Shown: positions 12,798 to 26,939 of the stretch, in pieces | Numbering within the stretch: the first letter of the stretch is position 1 | How the letters are laid out: each line of letters starts with the position of its first letter | Assembly: GCA_030704615.1 (NCBI GenBank) | Contig: CM060731.1 | Location: forward strand, 30,008,001 to 30,072,000 | From: Takakia lepidozioides | Lineage: Eukaryota; Plantae; Bryophyta | Direction: 5' to 3' | Length of the DNA stretch: 64,000 bases | The notes under the pieces: generated by a model | What the model saw: the letters and a program-made list of their open reading frames with translations, nothing else | Told to the model about the DNA's origin: nothing | Databases searched by the model: none | Made by a program: the position numbers and the translations under genes

Positions 12798-14176
12798 AGA
12801 TATCCACATTCAAAAAGGATGGAAGTGTGTTGTTTCAGACGCGACAGTGGAACTGCGTGATTTTCCATTATTTCTCCAAGCAACAAGTGAAGTTGAAAGG
12901 AAGAATTTGTGCCATTAAATGCAGCAGGAAGTTATGCACTTTTTGTGAGCTGCCCGTGTTAATCATTAGGTCTTAAGTATGACCTTGGACAGCTGCAATG
13001 GAGTGGCAGAAAATCCCTTTTCAGAAAAGTTGTTGACAGATCATAAGGAAGCGGAGGCATGAAGAAACCCTTTTGTATGGGATTACTAAAGTCTTGCAAA
13101 AAGGAAGGATTGAACAGGATCATACACGCACACAGCTATATTTTTATTTCTTAACTTCTATTCACTGGTATCACAATGGTAGTCCGGCTCTGAAAAATGG
13201 GAAAAGGTAAAAAAGGGCCCATCTCCGAAAGGAGGCAGGTAGCCATCTGGTGATGTGGCTCTTCCATACCCGGGGTTGGGGCGGAGTCCTCTCACCTGGC
13301 TCCCAATGGTATCAATGAGCTCCTCATGGCACTCCATTCAGACAGATTTGTTGGCTCTTCCTTAAGGAGACCATGCATCAATTGTTCTCTCCTGATGTAC
13401 CTTTCCCACTTAATCCTACCTATCAAGGTAATACCTTCCCTAATAGATAGTCATTTACAGTAGACTCTAGATTTTTATCCGCCTGTTGTTACCCATAACT
13501 TGGCAGAGTGCTATAATTTCACTGTATTCAGTTCCCCTCACTTGTATTATTATATCCACATGTTGGCGCCACATATCTGCAGACATTAAAGTTATCCGTT
13601 AAGTGACCAGCCCTTCCGCCCCTTAATACATCCCCACTATAACTAAGTTATACCTCTCCTCCGCACTTTGGGCGTATCCAGGAAGTCATGCAGACACATT
13701 ATCATAACCAAAACTAGGGCCGGCAGCGAGGCCACGCAGAGGGGGACACACGTGTACTCCTTAAAGTCTGGGGGTATTCTCCTTAAATCAGCGTGGGCCC
13801 CGCCCCAGCCTCATGCCCACAGCAGAATGTGTCACAATCCAGATCTCAGTTCCATGATGAAGAAACTTCAACTTGCAGTCCATCTCACTTAAAACAGAGT
13901 TTATTTGCTACAGTATGGCAGATTCCATTTTCCGTGCAACTTGAATAGAACTTCTTAGAACTTGAAGACATTCATGTCCATGTCGTCTCCTAAACAGGGT
14001 AGACGATTTAACCTCAATGTTTACATAATCAACAAGACCCCTGAAGACTCGGGTTGTGTCTGATGAAGCCTCTAAGAATCGTTACAACTAAACCTGGACT
14101 ACTCAAATTACTAACCCCATAGCACTAATTTACACTCCAAACCTTACCAGGCAAGATGTTGCACCTCGGGAGCACA

Positions 14177-17100
14177 TCAAGTGGGCACAAGTGAGTGTTC
14201 CCGTGGAGCACCAAGAGTCCTAGCCACCACCATGGCTAAGGGGATTGCTAGAATAACACATAGAGAACCACCCAATATGAGCTCTAAATAACAGCACATT
14301 TGCCCCCAGTTTCTCTTCACAAGGCGAACTACTGCATATTGACTCTCTGTGTCCAACTGAGCCTCCCTTGTTCCCTTGCTACCCCTCTGGCTCTCTCTTT
14401 TCAATTCATCTACTGTCCACCCTGTCATTGAGCCATCGCTTCCATGGCTGCAAGAGCAACACTCCCCAACTCCTCTTGGCTCTCCTCCAAGAAATGGACT
14501 GAACAAGCTCCTCCTTCGTGCAACTGAGGACTGACTAGATTTCTTCTCGTCAGCCTCTAGGCCGGTGACCCCTGTACAGAGTTGCCACTCCTGCCGCTTG
14601 AGCATGGGCTTTTGATGCTCTATACACGAAGAACATGTTGGTCCAGTTACCACACTTCCCCCAGAACTAATCAATGATCTAGGAGTCAGTCTGTATGTCC
14701 CAATGTCACCTCCCCTGCTGCTTCTACACACAGCCTCTGGAGTTCGCGCAAGGTCCATGTCACTGCCAACTGAACAAACCTTCTGGGGGACTGAGGCAGC
14801 AGCACGACTCTCGCACGGGCTAACACCATCAGCTGCAGGAACATTTTGAGGACTGGCAAAAGCTTCAAAGAGACCCCTTGGCGTTTGGTCGGGCTCATCC
14901 TCACTGCTATCCTGTGTCCCAAAAGACTCATCTGAAGCAATAGGATTGTCACGCACACTCCATCCTGCCTCACTTGATGTGTCCAGATCCATATCTGTGA
15001 TATCCCCAGCCATTACCTCCCCATCCTCACCTATCTTTCTCTCCTGGTCGACCACCATGCCCTTTGAATCAGGACTTGAAATGTCTGACTGCAGTGAGCG
15101 AACAAGTCTTCGTGGCGTTGTAAACGGGAGAAAATCCTCTGTGGTAAGTAGCAGCCTGCACGTCTGCTGGCCCATACAACTAGTTTATAATATGAACTCT
15201 ATTATTTTGGGAGAACTTTAAACAGAAGGTCCGACCACTCTGGCATGTTGAGAGATGAAGTCTGAGCCAACCAAGACGGCCAACCCCTCTCAGTAGCACA
15301 AACTTTGGTCACACGGTTTCAGTATTTTTAAAGTCGCCTCTCAAGAAGTTAAGGGCCTAGTTCGGATTCTGTTCCATCAAAATCCATCGCAAATATTTGC
15401 TGGTCATGATGGGCTGGAATCCTGGAGCTTCTCAGGTCACTTCCTCATGACCTTACATTCAACACCATTTTTACTCCACCCTTAGAGAAAAAGGTCACCG
15501 AACCAAGACTATGCACATAAATTTGAACTTGGCACCGAAATTCATTGCACCCATAAGGAATCTACCTGTGTCCCCCACATAAGATACAAAACCTGCAAAT
15601 AGAGGATGGAGAGAAATGTCCTACCTGGGTACCAAAGGCCTCCTCTGTGTTGTTGGGCAAGTGAGTAAATGACTTAGAATGACTGTGCGAAGTTGCAAGG
15701 CTGTTGGGGCTCCCTCCTTTGAAGTCCCCCATCCATGCATTTCCCTTGACTCCTATGCGTGGAAAGTCACTCAAACCATTCACAGCAGATTTGTTGGCAA
15801 CACTCCCACCCTTTGCAACCTTCCTCTTCATCATCCCATTTGCGCAATTCACACAACTCTTCTTCATGTAAGAGGCATTTTCATGTCCACTTCCATTTGA
15901 ACGGGAACAATTATTTCTTATGCTTCCTTCTGAATCCCCCCCAGTGGCAGTCCGCAAACTATGCACAACAGACTCCGAGCTCTCACTTCTAGTGCTGCCC
16001 AAACTCAGCTGAGGCACAACAAGCTCAGTCCCTGACCTTCCACTCCTACAGCAGAAATCTTCCTCCATCCCAATGTCAGCTGTTGGGACCCTAAGCAAAA
16101 TGTCTTCATCCTCTGCCAATAAATCCCCCTCTGCTTCTACAAATTTTCTCATAATGGATGCCTCCAGAGGGCTCAGGTGTGATACAAATCTGCCTTTTGA
16201 ATATTCCTGAGAGATTGACACAGCAGGTGTGCTCTCCTTCTCTGATCGAACCACTCCTTGATTCTCTGGGGTACCGGCTGCTGACTGGTCGATTCGATTA
16301 TTAGCCAGGTTTTGAGAAGGCACATTCTCTTTTGCATCTGCTGCAGGATCCAACCAAAAACGTTTTCAATTATGATCCACAACTTCAAAATGTATCGTAA
16401 CAGTCACAAAAATCTTACCAGAGAATGACATGTACCAATGGGGCTCCTTGTAGACTTGGGGCTACAGACACCAACGAGACAAGGCTCTGAGGCTTTAGAC
16501 CCTGCATGAGATTGAGATTGAGATTGGCATCGACATCAAGAGAGAAAGTTTATTATGTCTGTGGGGGGCCCCAAGGACCCAAAGGACAGAGTAGAAGAGA
16601 ACCATCCAACTACTTTAGCAACGTGACAAAACAGAACCAAAGAAGTACTCAAATGTGCTGGAGCCTCATACAGGCAGGAGGGAGAGAGAGACGTACAGCC
16701 ATGGGCAAGAGAGCCGCATTCATCAGTGGAGCTGGAGGGTGATGTCGACAGGGGAGTCAACCTGTGCAAGTGGGTATGGCCCCTTGATGGAAAGAGTGGG
16801 GCACGCCTCACTTTTCCAGCAGCAACATTGCCACGGAGACAAGCAGAAGGAACTTGGGCTGCATTTATTGAGTCAGTGGTGGTGGTGGTGGAAGCTGAAG
16901 AGGAAGATAGGTGGTGCGAGTCCAGAGAGACTGGGCTGATAAGCTTGGATGGAGAGAGGGAGGATTCATCAGAGCTCCAGAGGCTTCGCTGATGTGGGGT
17001 AGGTTTACAGCCCTCAGCTGCGTTGGAAACTGCTGCACTAGCTGCCAGACTTGCACTGCCAGTGGTGTCTCTTTTTGGCTCATCTGTAGCGAGCTTCTTC

Positions 17101-19040
17101 GCTGCTTGCAGTGCTTCACACACTGCGATGCGCACGTGAGGCATCCTGTCATGACGGCATGTACCCAGAACCTGCATGAGAAAGGTTATGTTGTAAGCAA
17201 GCATCCCCACGATTCAGTTTCACAAGCTCATTGCTGTGCTATACCCCAAATAGTTCAAAATTTTGAGGGTAGTGCCAATTAGCATCCATCATAAACTGAA
17301 ACTTATTGGAAAGTTGTGCCCTGTGTTGGTTCCATCGGCTCAGGAACATGGGCATGCATGAAGAGAATAGCGACTGGCTCTTGATGTAGACAATGCCTTG
17401 TGAAGTCTGACTCACTTGAATTCTCCTCCCACGTAAGCAGGTACACCTTTGAGACGTTAGTTCACATGCTCCCATTGTAGGGAGAAAAGCACAAATGTCA
17501 CAAAATGAAGGCCCAACCCAACAAAGAAGAACATAGAATATACACACAATACAGCAAATAGCATCTCATAAAAAGTAGGGTACCTCCCTGCTCACCTGCA
17601 TGGTGGGGCTCAGCTCTGATGCCAGGGTGTCCCTATCCACAATGGACAGTACTGCCTGCAACATCTTGGCCGCACACTTGCGATGCTGCCAAGAGGTGGC
17701 ATAAAACTGCAAAATTTCCCCACCTGCCCGGAGCAAAGTTTTTCCATAGGTATTCAAGGTGACAGGGTTCATTGTGGCCAGCGACCGCGCCAGCTGCATG
17801 TGTTCCACAGTGCGTGTTGATTTCTCTCCCAGTGCGACAGCAGTTTGATGGCATACATCATTGACTAAAACATCAGATGCATACTTCCATTTTTCAGACT
17901 CCACCAGCGCTTGCATGCATGCCGCTGCACCTGCTGCTACAGGCTCCAGCTTTCCTGCAATCGCAACAGATTTTTAAGAGTTGGAGAAAACTCTAAACAC
18001 TTGATTTTAGAGCATGCCATAGGACTATAATCATCAATTAACAAAGGGAAAGGACTTGTACCTGCAATCATTTCCACTATAGGCTGTGAGATGTCCCTAA
18101 GAATCTCCTCTGCCAATGCTGCAGGAGTTTCTGGGTCTACCGAGTAGCGAGCCATCGCAGTGACCACCTTGGCACATGCCTGGTGCATCTGTGGGGAGCT
18201 CCCACTTGCTGACAAAGATTTTGTGACAGTAGTAATCACACGTGGTATGTGGGGTATGATGAGCTTGCCATGCACTCGTGCAACTTCTTCATAGAGAGAG
18301 ATTGCATAGGAACGCGACCCACCTGTTTCTCGTGACTCCGATACCTGTACGAAAGGTCATTGCAGCTCAGTGATGCTAAAACACCTGCCCGCTGGAAGCC
18401 AGCCCAATGCAAGAACTACAGTCCACACATGACATCTAGCGTAATAATGAAGAGGGGACACAAGCAAAGAGCTTGAATCAAGTTCATATCACCATTATAA
18501 ACAGAAGTAAGCAGTGACGTCTGGGGGAATCCCCCTCGAGATGGAAGCTAAGTAGTCTGAGTCTTCCATAATGATCAAGAACCTCTCTTCGCTGGCTTTC
18601 AACCTTAAACTTCCATTGTTTCTGTGTTTGAATATTTTGGGGGAAAGTGGAGACGCAGAGGGTGTGGTGTACTTATGGTTTCTGTTTTGTGGATGTGAGC
18701 CTGTGTGGGGGAGAGAGAGAGAGAGAGATCCCAGTTTAAAGCTCCTGCTCAGAAACTATGCTCGTAGTCGTACTTCAAAGTGAGCCTCATACAAATTTAG
18801 AACTAAGAGATAAGAAACACGCAACCCTGCATTTTCCCGCGTCACGTTTCGTTAATGAGAAAGTGTAAGCGAATGTACCTGGGCCAGAAAGCGGGGCACT
18901 GAGCTGGAGTCAAGCTGCTCCACAAACTGTTTGAGGGAGGTCATGGCAATGCGCCGACTTTCTCCATCCTTCTCAAGCTTCGCAAGGTCCTGTTTAACCA
19001 GCGGACTTAAGTACCGCGCCGCCCCTTCTTCTTCTCTCAT
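14177..19040 (-). CDS. SINE1: SINE1/SINE2-like ARM-repeat outer nuclear envelope KASH protein, multi-exon
   Basis: N-terminus YLSPLVKQDLAKLEKDGESRRIAMTSLKQFVEQLDSSSVPRFLAQ|VSES...AISLYEEVARVHGKLIIPHI and HEAT/ARM exons at 18344-18062, 17940-17595 and ~17170. The C-terminal hydrophobic segment (LILGGSLCVILAIPLAMVVA) is followed by the plant KASH tail ...SLVPT*. Exon boundaries only partly checked. Confidence 0.85.
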
Positions 19041-21050
19041 TTTCTTGAGTGGCCTTACTTCAGAAATAGCCAAGGAGTGAAGAGGCTATGGGGAGGAGAC
19101 AGTGATACCCAACATGTGTAAGAGTGGGAGAGAGGATAGAGTGGAACAAGTAAAATGGTCAGGTTCTTCAAAGACCCCGTCACATATGAAACATAGTGGA
19201 CGCAAACGATTATGGTGAAGTACGAATATGACACCGCACTTGTCGAAAACAGAGGTCACATTCCGCCACTACAGGACGGCAAGAGAGTCACGAGTTCAGT
19301 CTAGAACCCCATCCCAATACACTCCATTGCATAATAACCAACATAAGGGGAAGAAAGAGACCCACAGAGCCTCCGCAAACCACTTTCAATCCAACCCAAA
19401 AATCTTTGGTGTCTAATGTAGGGCAGTACTTCAGTCCCGACCTTCCCTGCTAGAAATTTAGCTTAAACCACCTGGGGCATGTCCTTCCCATTTTGGGTCT
19501 TCGTTTCCTCTATGCTTCTGGTACCCAGGACATATGCAGAGGACAAGCGCGGCACCACTAGAGGTGTGTGAGCGACTACAAATAAAAACACAGCGTGCAA
19601 GACCCAAAAGCAAACAGCACGCAGATTCTTCAGACAAGAGCAAAGACATGGAAAACCTCTTCAATGTCGGACTGCAAGGAGTCAGGCACGAGAAACAAGC
19701 TGACACTGAACCAGAGCACAAAATGCTGAGCAACCGAAGGGGAGAGTGAAGGCAGACGATTGTCCGTTACGGATTTGACTCGGCCATAGCTCGCATGCCA
19801 AGGGGAGATGGAAGAGAAGAAGATCCCGAGAGCCGCGCGTGCTGCCCACTATACGTATTCTCTACCTATTCTACGTATTCGTCGTAATCCTGTGGCTCAG
19901 ACGAATAATACCAATTATTTTTACTTTTATGTTTTTTTAAATGTTCTTAATACCATTTCACAGCACTTTCATCCGTGAAAAGTCCATGAAATTAGTTTAA
20001 TAATATTTCTGATGTTTTAAAGAATTTAGGAGGAAACGTTGACCTACAAGGGTCTTTTGACAGGGGTTATGAATGATAGTTGATGAATGAGAGACGTACA
20101 TTCAGTCAATGAGAGTCATCCACTCAACGTCAGGAATAGGATGTGCCAAAGAAGGTATCAAAGCATTGGCGAAGGGAATGTGACTAAAAATAGAGATCAC
20201 AGATGGCACGAGAATATTACATTATTTACATAAGTTACCATCAAGTAATAAGTAGAGTTTTGAATTTCGAAACAGCGATGTAAGTTATATGGGATAATGC
20301 AAACTTGATGGTCCCAATACGTGCTACATAGTGGGCTACTTATTAGGGTATGTGGTTTTGAAATTTGAACGTATCTTCTTTCTCTCTCTCTATCTCTCTC
20401 CTCTCTCACCTGGTGTTCTTGATAAATTTGTTTGTGCGGGAGATTGTAATCGAGGTTCGTTGAAGTTTGCCCTGTTCACAGTTTCGAGGGTATTGAGCTT
20501 TGTGGTTTGCACCGTTGTTGGTTTTGGGACCCGTTTGCTCGAGCTCCGTCTACATCTATGGGATCCCTTACATCATCCACCGATGGCTGTGCTTTTTTTT
20601 TTTTCTGGGTGTCCCATCCTTCTATGTAAGTCTGGCGGATCTGCAATGAAATGCCTAAAAATGAGCAGTTGTATTGCAGGTCCAAAGCTGCCTCCATGCG
20701 GCTGCAAGTTCTGCTTGGAGGGGCCTGGACTGCAACCCTTCTGCCTCGATAATGGATTGTTACCCTGAGACCACATAACATTCTCTCCTCCATAATTACA
20801 TGAGGTACTTGAAAAACAAAGTGAGGCACTGACTCCTGTTAGTTACTGCAAGGGAGGAAGTACTCTGTCTGAAGTGGCTTGCTAGCAGATTTGCGTGGTT
20901 ACCTCTTAGGGCAACCAAAAGTGCAGGGTGACAACACCAAAAGACGGTTTTATGAACAGCATAACATACCATACATACCAGCAGACCTTGAATTGTGCAT
21001 GAATGCAACACCTGAAAGAGAGAGGGCAAGCAGTATAACTGAAGCAGAAG

Positions 21051-22255
21051 TCAAAATAGCAATGTAAATGAATTCGCTATCTCCATAAATTGGTCCTGTA
21101 CATTTGGCCACATGGCCTCCGATGTCTGAGCATTGGGTGAGTAAAGCTCTCCACCACTTGTTGCATAAACTGCTACATAATGCCTGGAAAAGGAGACTGC
21201 CCGGACTGTGTATTCTAAAGTGTAATAGACAACACCTTTGTCATCTCTTCTTTCTGCATTCAACAGGGTGGCCACCTTGTTTGAACCTGGTGGAGCTCTA
21301 AAGTTCTGAAATATGATCTGTCCTGCTTCCTTTGGCTCCCCAAGATTTTCAAGTCTGCAGCACATCCACCTCCCCATCAGAGAATCCACAAAAATCCCAT
21401 GGCAAAACTGGTGCGGACTGGTTATCGACACGGGCGAAAACACAAAATGGGAGCAAGGCTGACGTAGTATACAAGAGATATTACAATACGTAAGTAGGGA
21501 GCAATTGGGAGAGAAGATCATCGTACTTGAAACCAGGTAAGGCAGGCGCCACCACAATGCTCACATTCAGCTCTCCATTGGAGCCCGGGGGTCCAAATGC
21601 CACAGCGGGCGCAACAACACTGCTGCGAAATCGCTGCTGCGGAGAGGGTAGATCGAGTGACCGCTGCCTCTCCGCTCTTTCAATTGCCCGGTACAGCAGA
21701 CGCTGATCTCCCACCCAGGTAGCGGAATAGATGAACTCTGTCTTCCCAGACCATGCTTACGCCTAATATGTAAGCAATTGGAAGACCTTTGGAAGCTCTG
21801 TGCTCTGAGCTGAGAGCAGAAAGAGAAGGTGTCCGTACCGAAATGTTTGCTGGGCTCAAAGCATCGCTTGTAACCCATTACCGGGTACAACACATCGGCC
21901 CTTATCTTCCGAGACACAGCTCCATCAGCTGAGAGGACAGAGCTGGTAACCCCCGCTAGATTGCCCCCGAAGGCCGCTAGAAGCACCACCGATACCCCCA
22001 CCACAAACCGTCTTGGCACCACTAAGTGCGCAGCAGTGTCAATTTTCCCACAGCCTGCAGCTCTGGACTCGTTATCATCTTGCATGCAAATAGTATTTCT
22101 TTCTCTCCACAATGTCCGCCATTTGCCCCTCCTCCGTCCTCCGCACCCGGGTTCAATGCACTCTTTGTAGGGTCAGCAAAGAGAGATGTCAACTCTCCCC
22201 AGCCGCTCCTTTCTCCCAGTAATCTCTTCCTATCTCTGCTCAACTCCTCTAACAT
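21051..22255 (-). CDS. PPD7: PsbP-domain protein (PPD7-like), 3 exons; N-terminal part appears frameshifted
   Basis: RADVLYPVMGYKRCF...|EFIYSATWVGDQRLLYRAIERAERQRSLD...VAFGPPGSNGELNVSIVVAP...|LENLGEPKEAG...YYTLEYTV...FSRHYVAVYA...W...FMEIANSF. Introns at ~21838-21738 and ~21526-21355. The start codon and 5' frame are uncertain. Confidence 0.78.
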
Positions 22256-22619
22256 TGCTATGGGAGGGCGTCTTCATCATTCTGACCTGAATTTCCTCCT
22301 CCACGGATTGCCCAATTGAATAGGAGAAAAGTCAGGTGCAAGAGCATGTTGCCAAGCATATACTCAGCAAGTACATGCACGCTGCTGGGTCAAAGACAAA
22401 ATAGAATCCCTTGAGAGGAACCTTTGCTCCATTGTTGGCTAACCACACCTACTTTGAAAGTGGAACAACGATCAGAGCGCATTCTGGCACAGTCGTTTGT
22501 CCATGTAGAGCAGAGGAACCTCAATCGACAGTATGGCTTGAGAATAGAAAGAAGGATAAACGTACCGGCCAGCTGAGATGAAAGAAAATCTAAAGGTATC
22601 AAATCTGTTCGATGCTGTA

Positions 22620-23322
22620 CTAATCGGTCAAGTAGACATTCCAGTAGAAGAGAAAATCTGGTGGATTTGGTGTGGCAGTCTCAACCAGAGCATAGCCTCG
22701 CACACCCCGGAAATCTCCGGTGCCCCCATCACCAGAAGCTCAGAGATAGGTTCGGGACCAGCCACATTGCCCACGAAAGTGAGAGTTCCATTATACTTGG
22801 ACTTCTCATTGAAAGTCTTACAAACCAGCTGGAGTCCTTCCTTCCCTTGCAAGTCGGTAACGATACCATAACCCCTATCTCTGCCCAAAAGCGAGCTGTC
22901 CCGGAGAGGCCCCCTCGCGGACTTCATTGTCAAACACAAGAGAGCTCCCAAATGCGAGCTTACTTAAATCTCCATTCCCAGTGCCAGCTGAAAGAAGTGA
23001 ACTGGGCTCCGGCCCCGTGCGAATGTCATGGACGAAGAAGCTAAGCGTCTTTTTAACTTTCTCGTGGTCTGGCGCATATGAGATGCCTGACTTGAGGGCA
23101 ACTATAGAGTATGCCAACATCCCGAAAGCTGTAGCACCCAGCGCGACAGTTCCCAAATCGGGCAATGCGCTCACCGGGGCCAGCCGATGCCGACGACTCG
23201 TTGCTGCTTGAGATTTTGGTGAAGAACATGTCAAGCTGGAAAAGCGTAGACAGGATTCACCCAAGATCTCTTTCGGGGCAACCACTAAAGACAACCCAAC
23301 CTTGTCGAGACCTCTTGGCCAT
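22620..23322 (-). pseudogene. Dirigent-like protein gene with frameshifts
   Basis: Dirigent motifs LSFFVHD, FGSSLVFDNEVREG, LLGRxxG, GTLTFVG, ELLVMG(G)TGDFRGVRGY are split over three frames (shifts near 22900 and 22720). Confidence 0.75.
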
Positions 23323-23369
23323 GGTTACATACACCTCACCCACACGTAACTCATCATGGGGCGATCAAA

Positions 23370-24196
23370 CTTGCAGTGGTGGATAGGTTCAGTAAAATGG
23401 GTCATTTCATTCCCACAAAAGAGATGGCAACGGCGCAGGGGACGGGGCGACTTTACTTCGTCCACGTCTTCAAGCATCATGGACTCGGGCCCAAAGGATA
23501 TTGTCTCTGACCGCGATCCAAAGTTTACAAATAAATTTTGGAGAGAACTTTGAAAGAAACTGGGGACAAGGTTCAAAATTAGCACCGCCTTCCGACCTAC
23601 GACGGACGGCCAAACGGAAAGAGTGCAGATTTTGCGGAATTATGTGTCGGCAGACCAATCAGACTGGGTGGAGCACTTGGATGCGGCAGACATCTGTTAT
23701 AACACTCCGCAAACGGGAGTTTCCCCTTTCAGATTGGTCTATGGAAAAGCACTTCTGGTCCCGACAAGTTGGGCCGCCCATGATATTGAGGAACCGGCAG
23801 CAGCAGCGATGCTTGAAGAATGCGAGCGTTTGTTGGAGCTCGTAAAGTACAACATTGCCAAAGCTAAGAAACGGTATGAACGGCAGACGAATTGAAAGCG
23901 GAGGGAAGTTAAGTTTGAGGCAAGCACGGAGGTCTGGTTGAACATCAAGAACTTTCGACTACCTCCGGAAGTGAGTCCGAAGTTCGTACCTCCGTATACA
24001 GGGTCCTTTCGCATCCGGAAAGTTATGAATGAGGATGTGTATGAATTGGAGCTGCCGGCAAATAACAAGGTGCATCCGGTATTCCACGTATCTCTTTTGA
24101 AGCCTTACTTCAAAGATGAAGCGCGTCCGAATTGGCATCAAGTGTTGCGTCCGCTACCTATGTTGTTGGATCATGAAAATGAACTTGAGTACGACA
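23370..24196 (+). mobile_element. Ty3/gypsy integrase fragment (same family as 50835-53257), degraded
   Basis: VVVDRFSKM, DIVSDRDPKF, TDGQTER and MNIKNFRLPPEVSPKFVPPYTGSFRI...HPVFHVSLLKPY. Near-identical to the minus-strand integrase at 51060-51900, with stops and frameshifts. Confidence 0.9.
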
Positions 24197-24705
24197 ACCC
24201 TTTGATTATCACAAAGGGCTAGTAAAGGCGGGGTATGAGTTGTGGACTTGAAGGACAACGGTCGTAGACTAGATGGTCGCGGAGAACACCTTCATTGGTC
24301 AAAGGTGGAGGATGAAGAAGATGGTCGGGGTGAAGTTAGGAGATATAGATATATATATATATCATCCTTCACCTTCAATGGACGAACGTTTGGGGTGAAG
24401 TGGGGAAAAATGATAATTTTCGGAAGCACCATGGCTGAGCGAATGTTGTCATCTTCATTAGTCGAAGGTGCAATTTTTGGGCAAGTTCGTTGGGCAGGGA
24501 AAAATGTTCGTGCTGACCTTCGTTGACCTTCATCACTAATGGAATTGAGCTGTTTATTGAAAGAATATGAGCTTTCGGTTTGAAGGATTTGGGGAGTTTG
24601 AAGGGTTAGGAGATTCATATTGATTTGGCAAGTGACACGCCAATCTTTTGAAGGCTCTATAGGTATAGTGACATGGAGAGGTCTTTGATCTAGTCACGGA
24701 CTATA

Positions 24706-25555
24706 GAGTTGTTCGAAGCTGGATTGGTGGAGTTATCAGACGGGGAGTATGCCTCTCCTCTAGTCCGTGAGTATCTTGGCTGGAGCACCAAATTGTCTAA
24801 GCACTCGATCTATATGCAGCCCACTCACTTGCCTTGTCAGACAATGCTACCAGTTCAATCCATTTGGAGACGTGTTCCACCATCACCAGCACATACTTGT
24901 TATGACAAATCCAATGGGCCTACGAAGTCAAGACTCCAACGATAGCCCAAACCCATAATGGGTAAATGATGCAATTATGGAGTACGTGCGTTGACAGAAA
25001 CCCATACTGTATCACACACCATGCACTTTGCCACTAACTTTTGCATATCCGTGTGCATGCACCGCTACCAATACTGTCCTTATAGCAAACTATAAGTGCG
25101 CTGCACCCCAAAATGTCCCAACTCCTCATGGGCATGGCGTACCAATCGCGCTCGTTGTATTGGATAAGGCACAATCCTCACTCGTCCACCCTTCCACACT
25201 CGGAGTATGTGAGTCTCCTCCCACTTGAACCTCTTGGCTTGTTGTAGGATTTGATAAGGGTCAGGGAGGTGTTGTCTTCAGGAGTGTTGATTCTGGAGGG
25301 TCGAGATGGCATGGTATGGAAGGACCATGTGCACAATTGTACGCCATGTCACCTTCCACATGTGGATGGGAGGATAAATCCCAGCCTTGCAGTGGTACCT
25401 TCAGGGTTGCGCTGCATGTTGTGTGGGCATACTGGTGGTGCCGCAACCATGTTGGTGTATGACAAATGCTCAAGGGGGTGGCATATGGGACGCTGGACAC
25501 CGCTACTTGAAGGTTTCTAGTGGAGAATGGTTGTGTCCACGGTGCCTTGAACAGA
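24706..25555 (+). mobile_element. Fragments of a Ty3/gypsy-like pol: RT N-terminal snippet and integrase C-terminus with a PHD-finger-like motif
   Basis: LFEAGLVELSDGEYASP (RT start, 24709). IRVREVLSSGVLILEGRDG...CTPCHLP...RCMLCG....MLVYDKCSRGWH....PLL...(W)LCPRC at 25251-25555. Confidence 0.6.
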
Positions 25556-26939
25556 GGTAGTGGGCATGATGTAACGGTGAGGCTGACAAGTAATCCAAGG
25601 TCTAGCTGGTGGGGCTTCAATGCCATGGATACTCAACTGAAGATCATGGATTGCAGAAAGGCGACTAACGATGGGGCTACTTTTGCACCCGGCCTCTTTA
25701 TCTATTGACTTCAGATACTAAGACTTTTGTGATGGAAGACCAAACGATGATTTTATTATGATGGATACTTGCCAGCTATCCGGTGTTAATCACCAGCTAG
25801 GGGGGCGATTGCGGCATAGCTTTCTAGGACTATATGCTAGGAAGTGTGGTTGGATAACGATGTATGTTGTTGCACGATGCTTATGTACACGACACATTCT
25901 AGAAGGCTACGTCACCCCATAGAAACCCATACTCCCATCACGTGACATATGTACACTAACTACCTGAAATAAATCACCATTGTCAGCCCATCATTGGCTC
26001 ATCCCAAGCACTCTCTCTCTTTCTAACCATTGGACCCAATTAATTCTCACTATCCAGAAAGCATGGTGGGGTTCAGATCCTGGGGCCTTATTTGTTCTAT
26101 TAATTAATATAGCTATGGTTCAGGTTTGCATCTTGGGCCATGTCTCTAGTAACCTAGTATCCCAAATAATGTGTAAGGGCTTTGCACCCCCCCCCCCCCC
26201 CCCCCCCCCTCCCTCCTCCCCCGCAAAATATTTATAATAAAGTTAATCAGGGCTACAATCCCCCTGTTATGTTTAAAAAATAAAAAATAAAACCTAGTAA
26301 ATAGTAAGAGCGGGGGAGGAGAGAGCTCTTCTCCTTTATATACTTATCGTCTCAGCCTTCTCACCAACCAAATCTGCAAGCCATCATCACATATCTAACA
26401 TCATGATATTACACTTATAAAAGGAATTGTCGATGTTGTATCCTCTTTACCACTGCAAATTCATATACATAAAGTTCAATCTCACATAGACATAATAGGT
26501 AATGGCATAGCAGACCATATTGCTCAACTTGGTGCCATTCAGCTAATCACTAACCCTCGACCAGCCCTATCCACCGGTCGCACACATACCCATTGCTAGA
26601 TTCCCGACCATTCTTCTCTATAGTTAATTGCAAAAACAATCATATGTTAATACCAAAATATATCAATATGAAATTACAACTAGTAAAGAAATTTCTAGAA
26701 TAGAGGTACAAATCAAAACCTGCGCCCTCAAACCAACTTGTTCGTATTCTCAAGCAAAAATGCATTAGCATGTTTTTTGAGTTTCCGATTTTCGATTCTC
26801 CTTTTTGGTGCCAAATGTCTCTAGTTGGACATCATCATCTACAAGCTCCACAACTTATCCCCCAAATGCATCTGGTTGTCAATACCAGGGACGGGGAACA
26901 TGCTCACTAACATAGCCCAGAGCTATAGTAAGTATAGTG

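Noticed and set aside
13169-13836. Possible solo LTR/insertion bounded by tcacaat
   Set aside because: No convincing TG..CA termini with a matching TSD.
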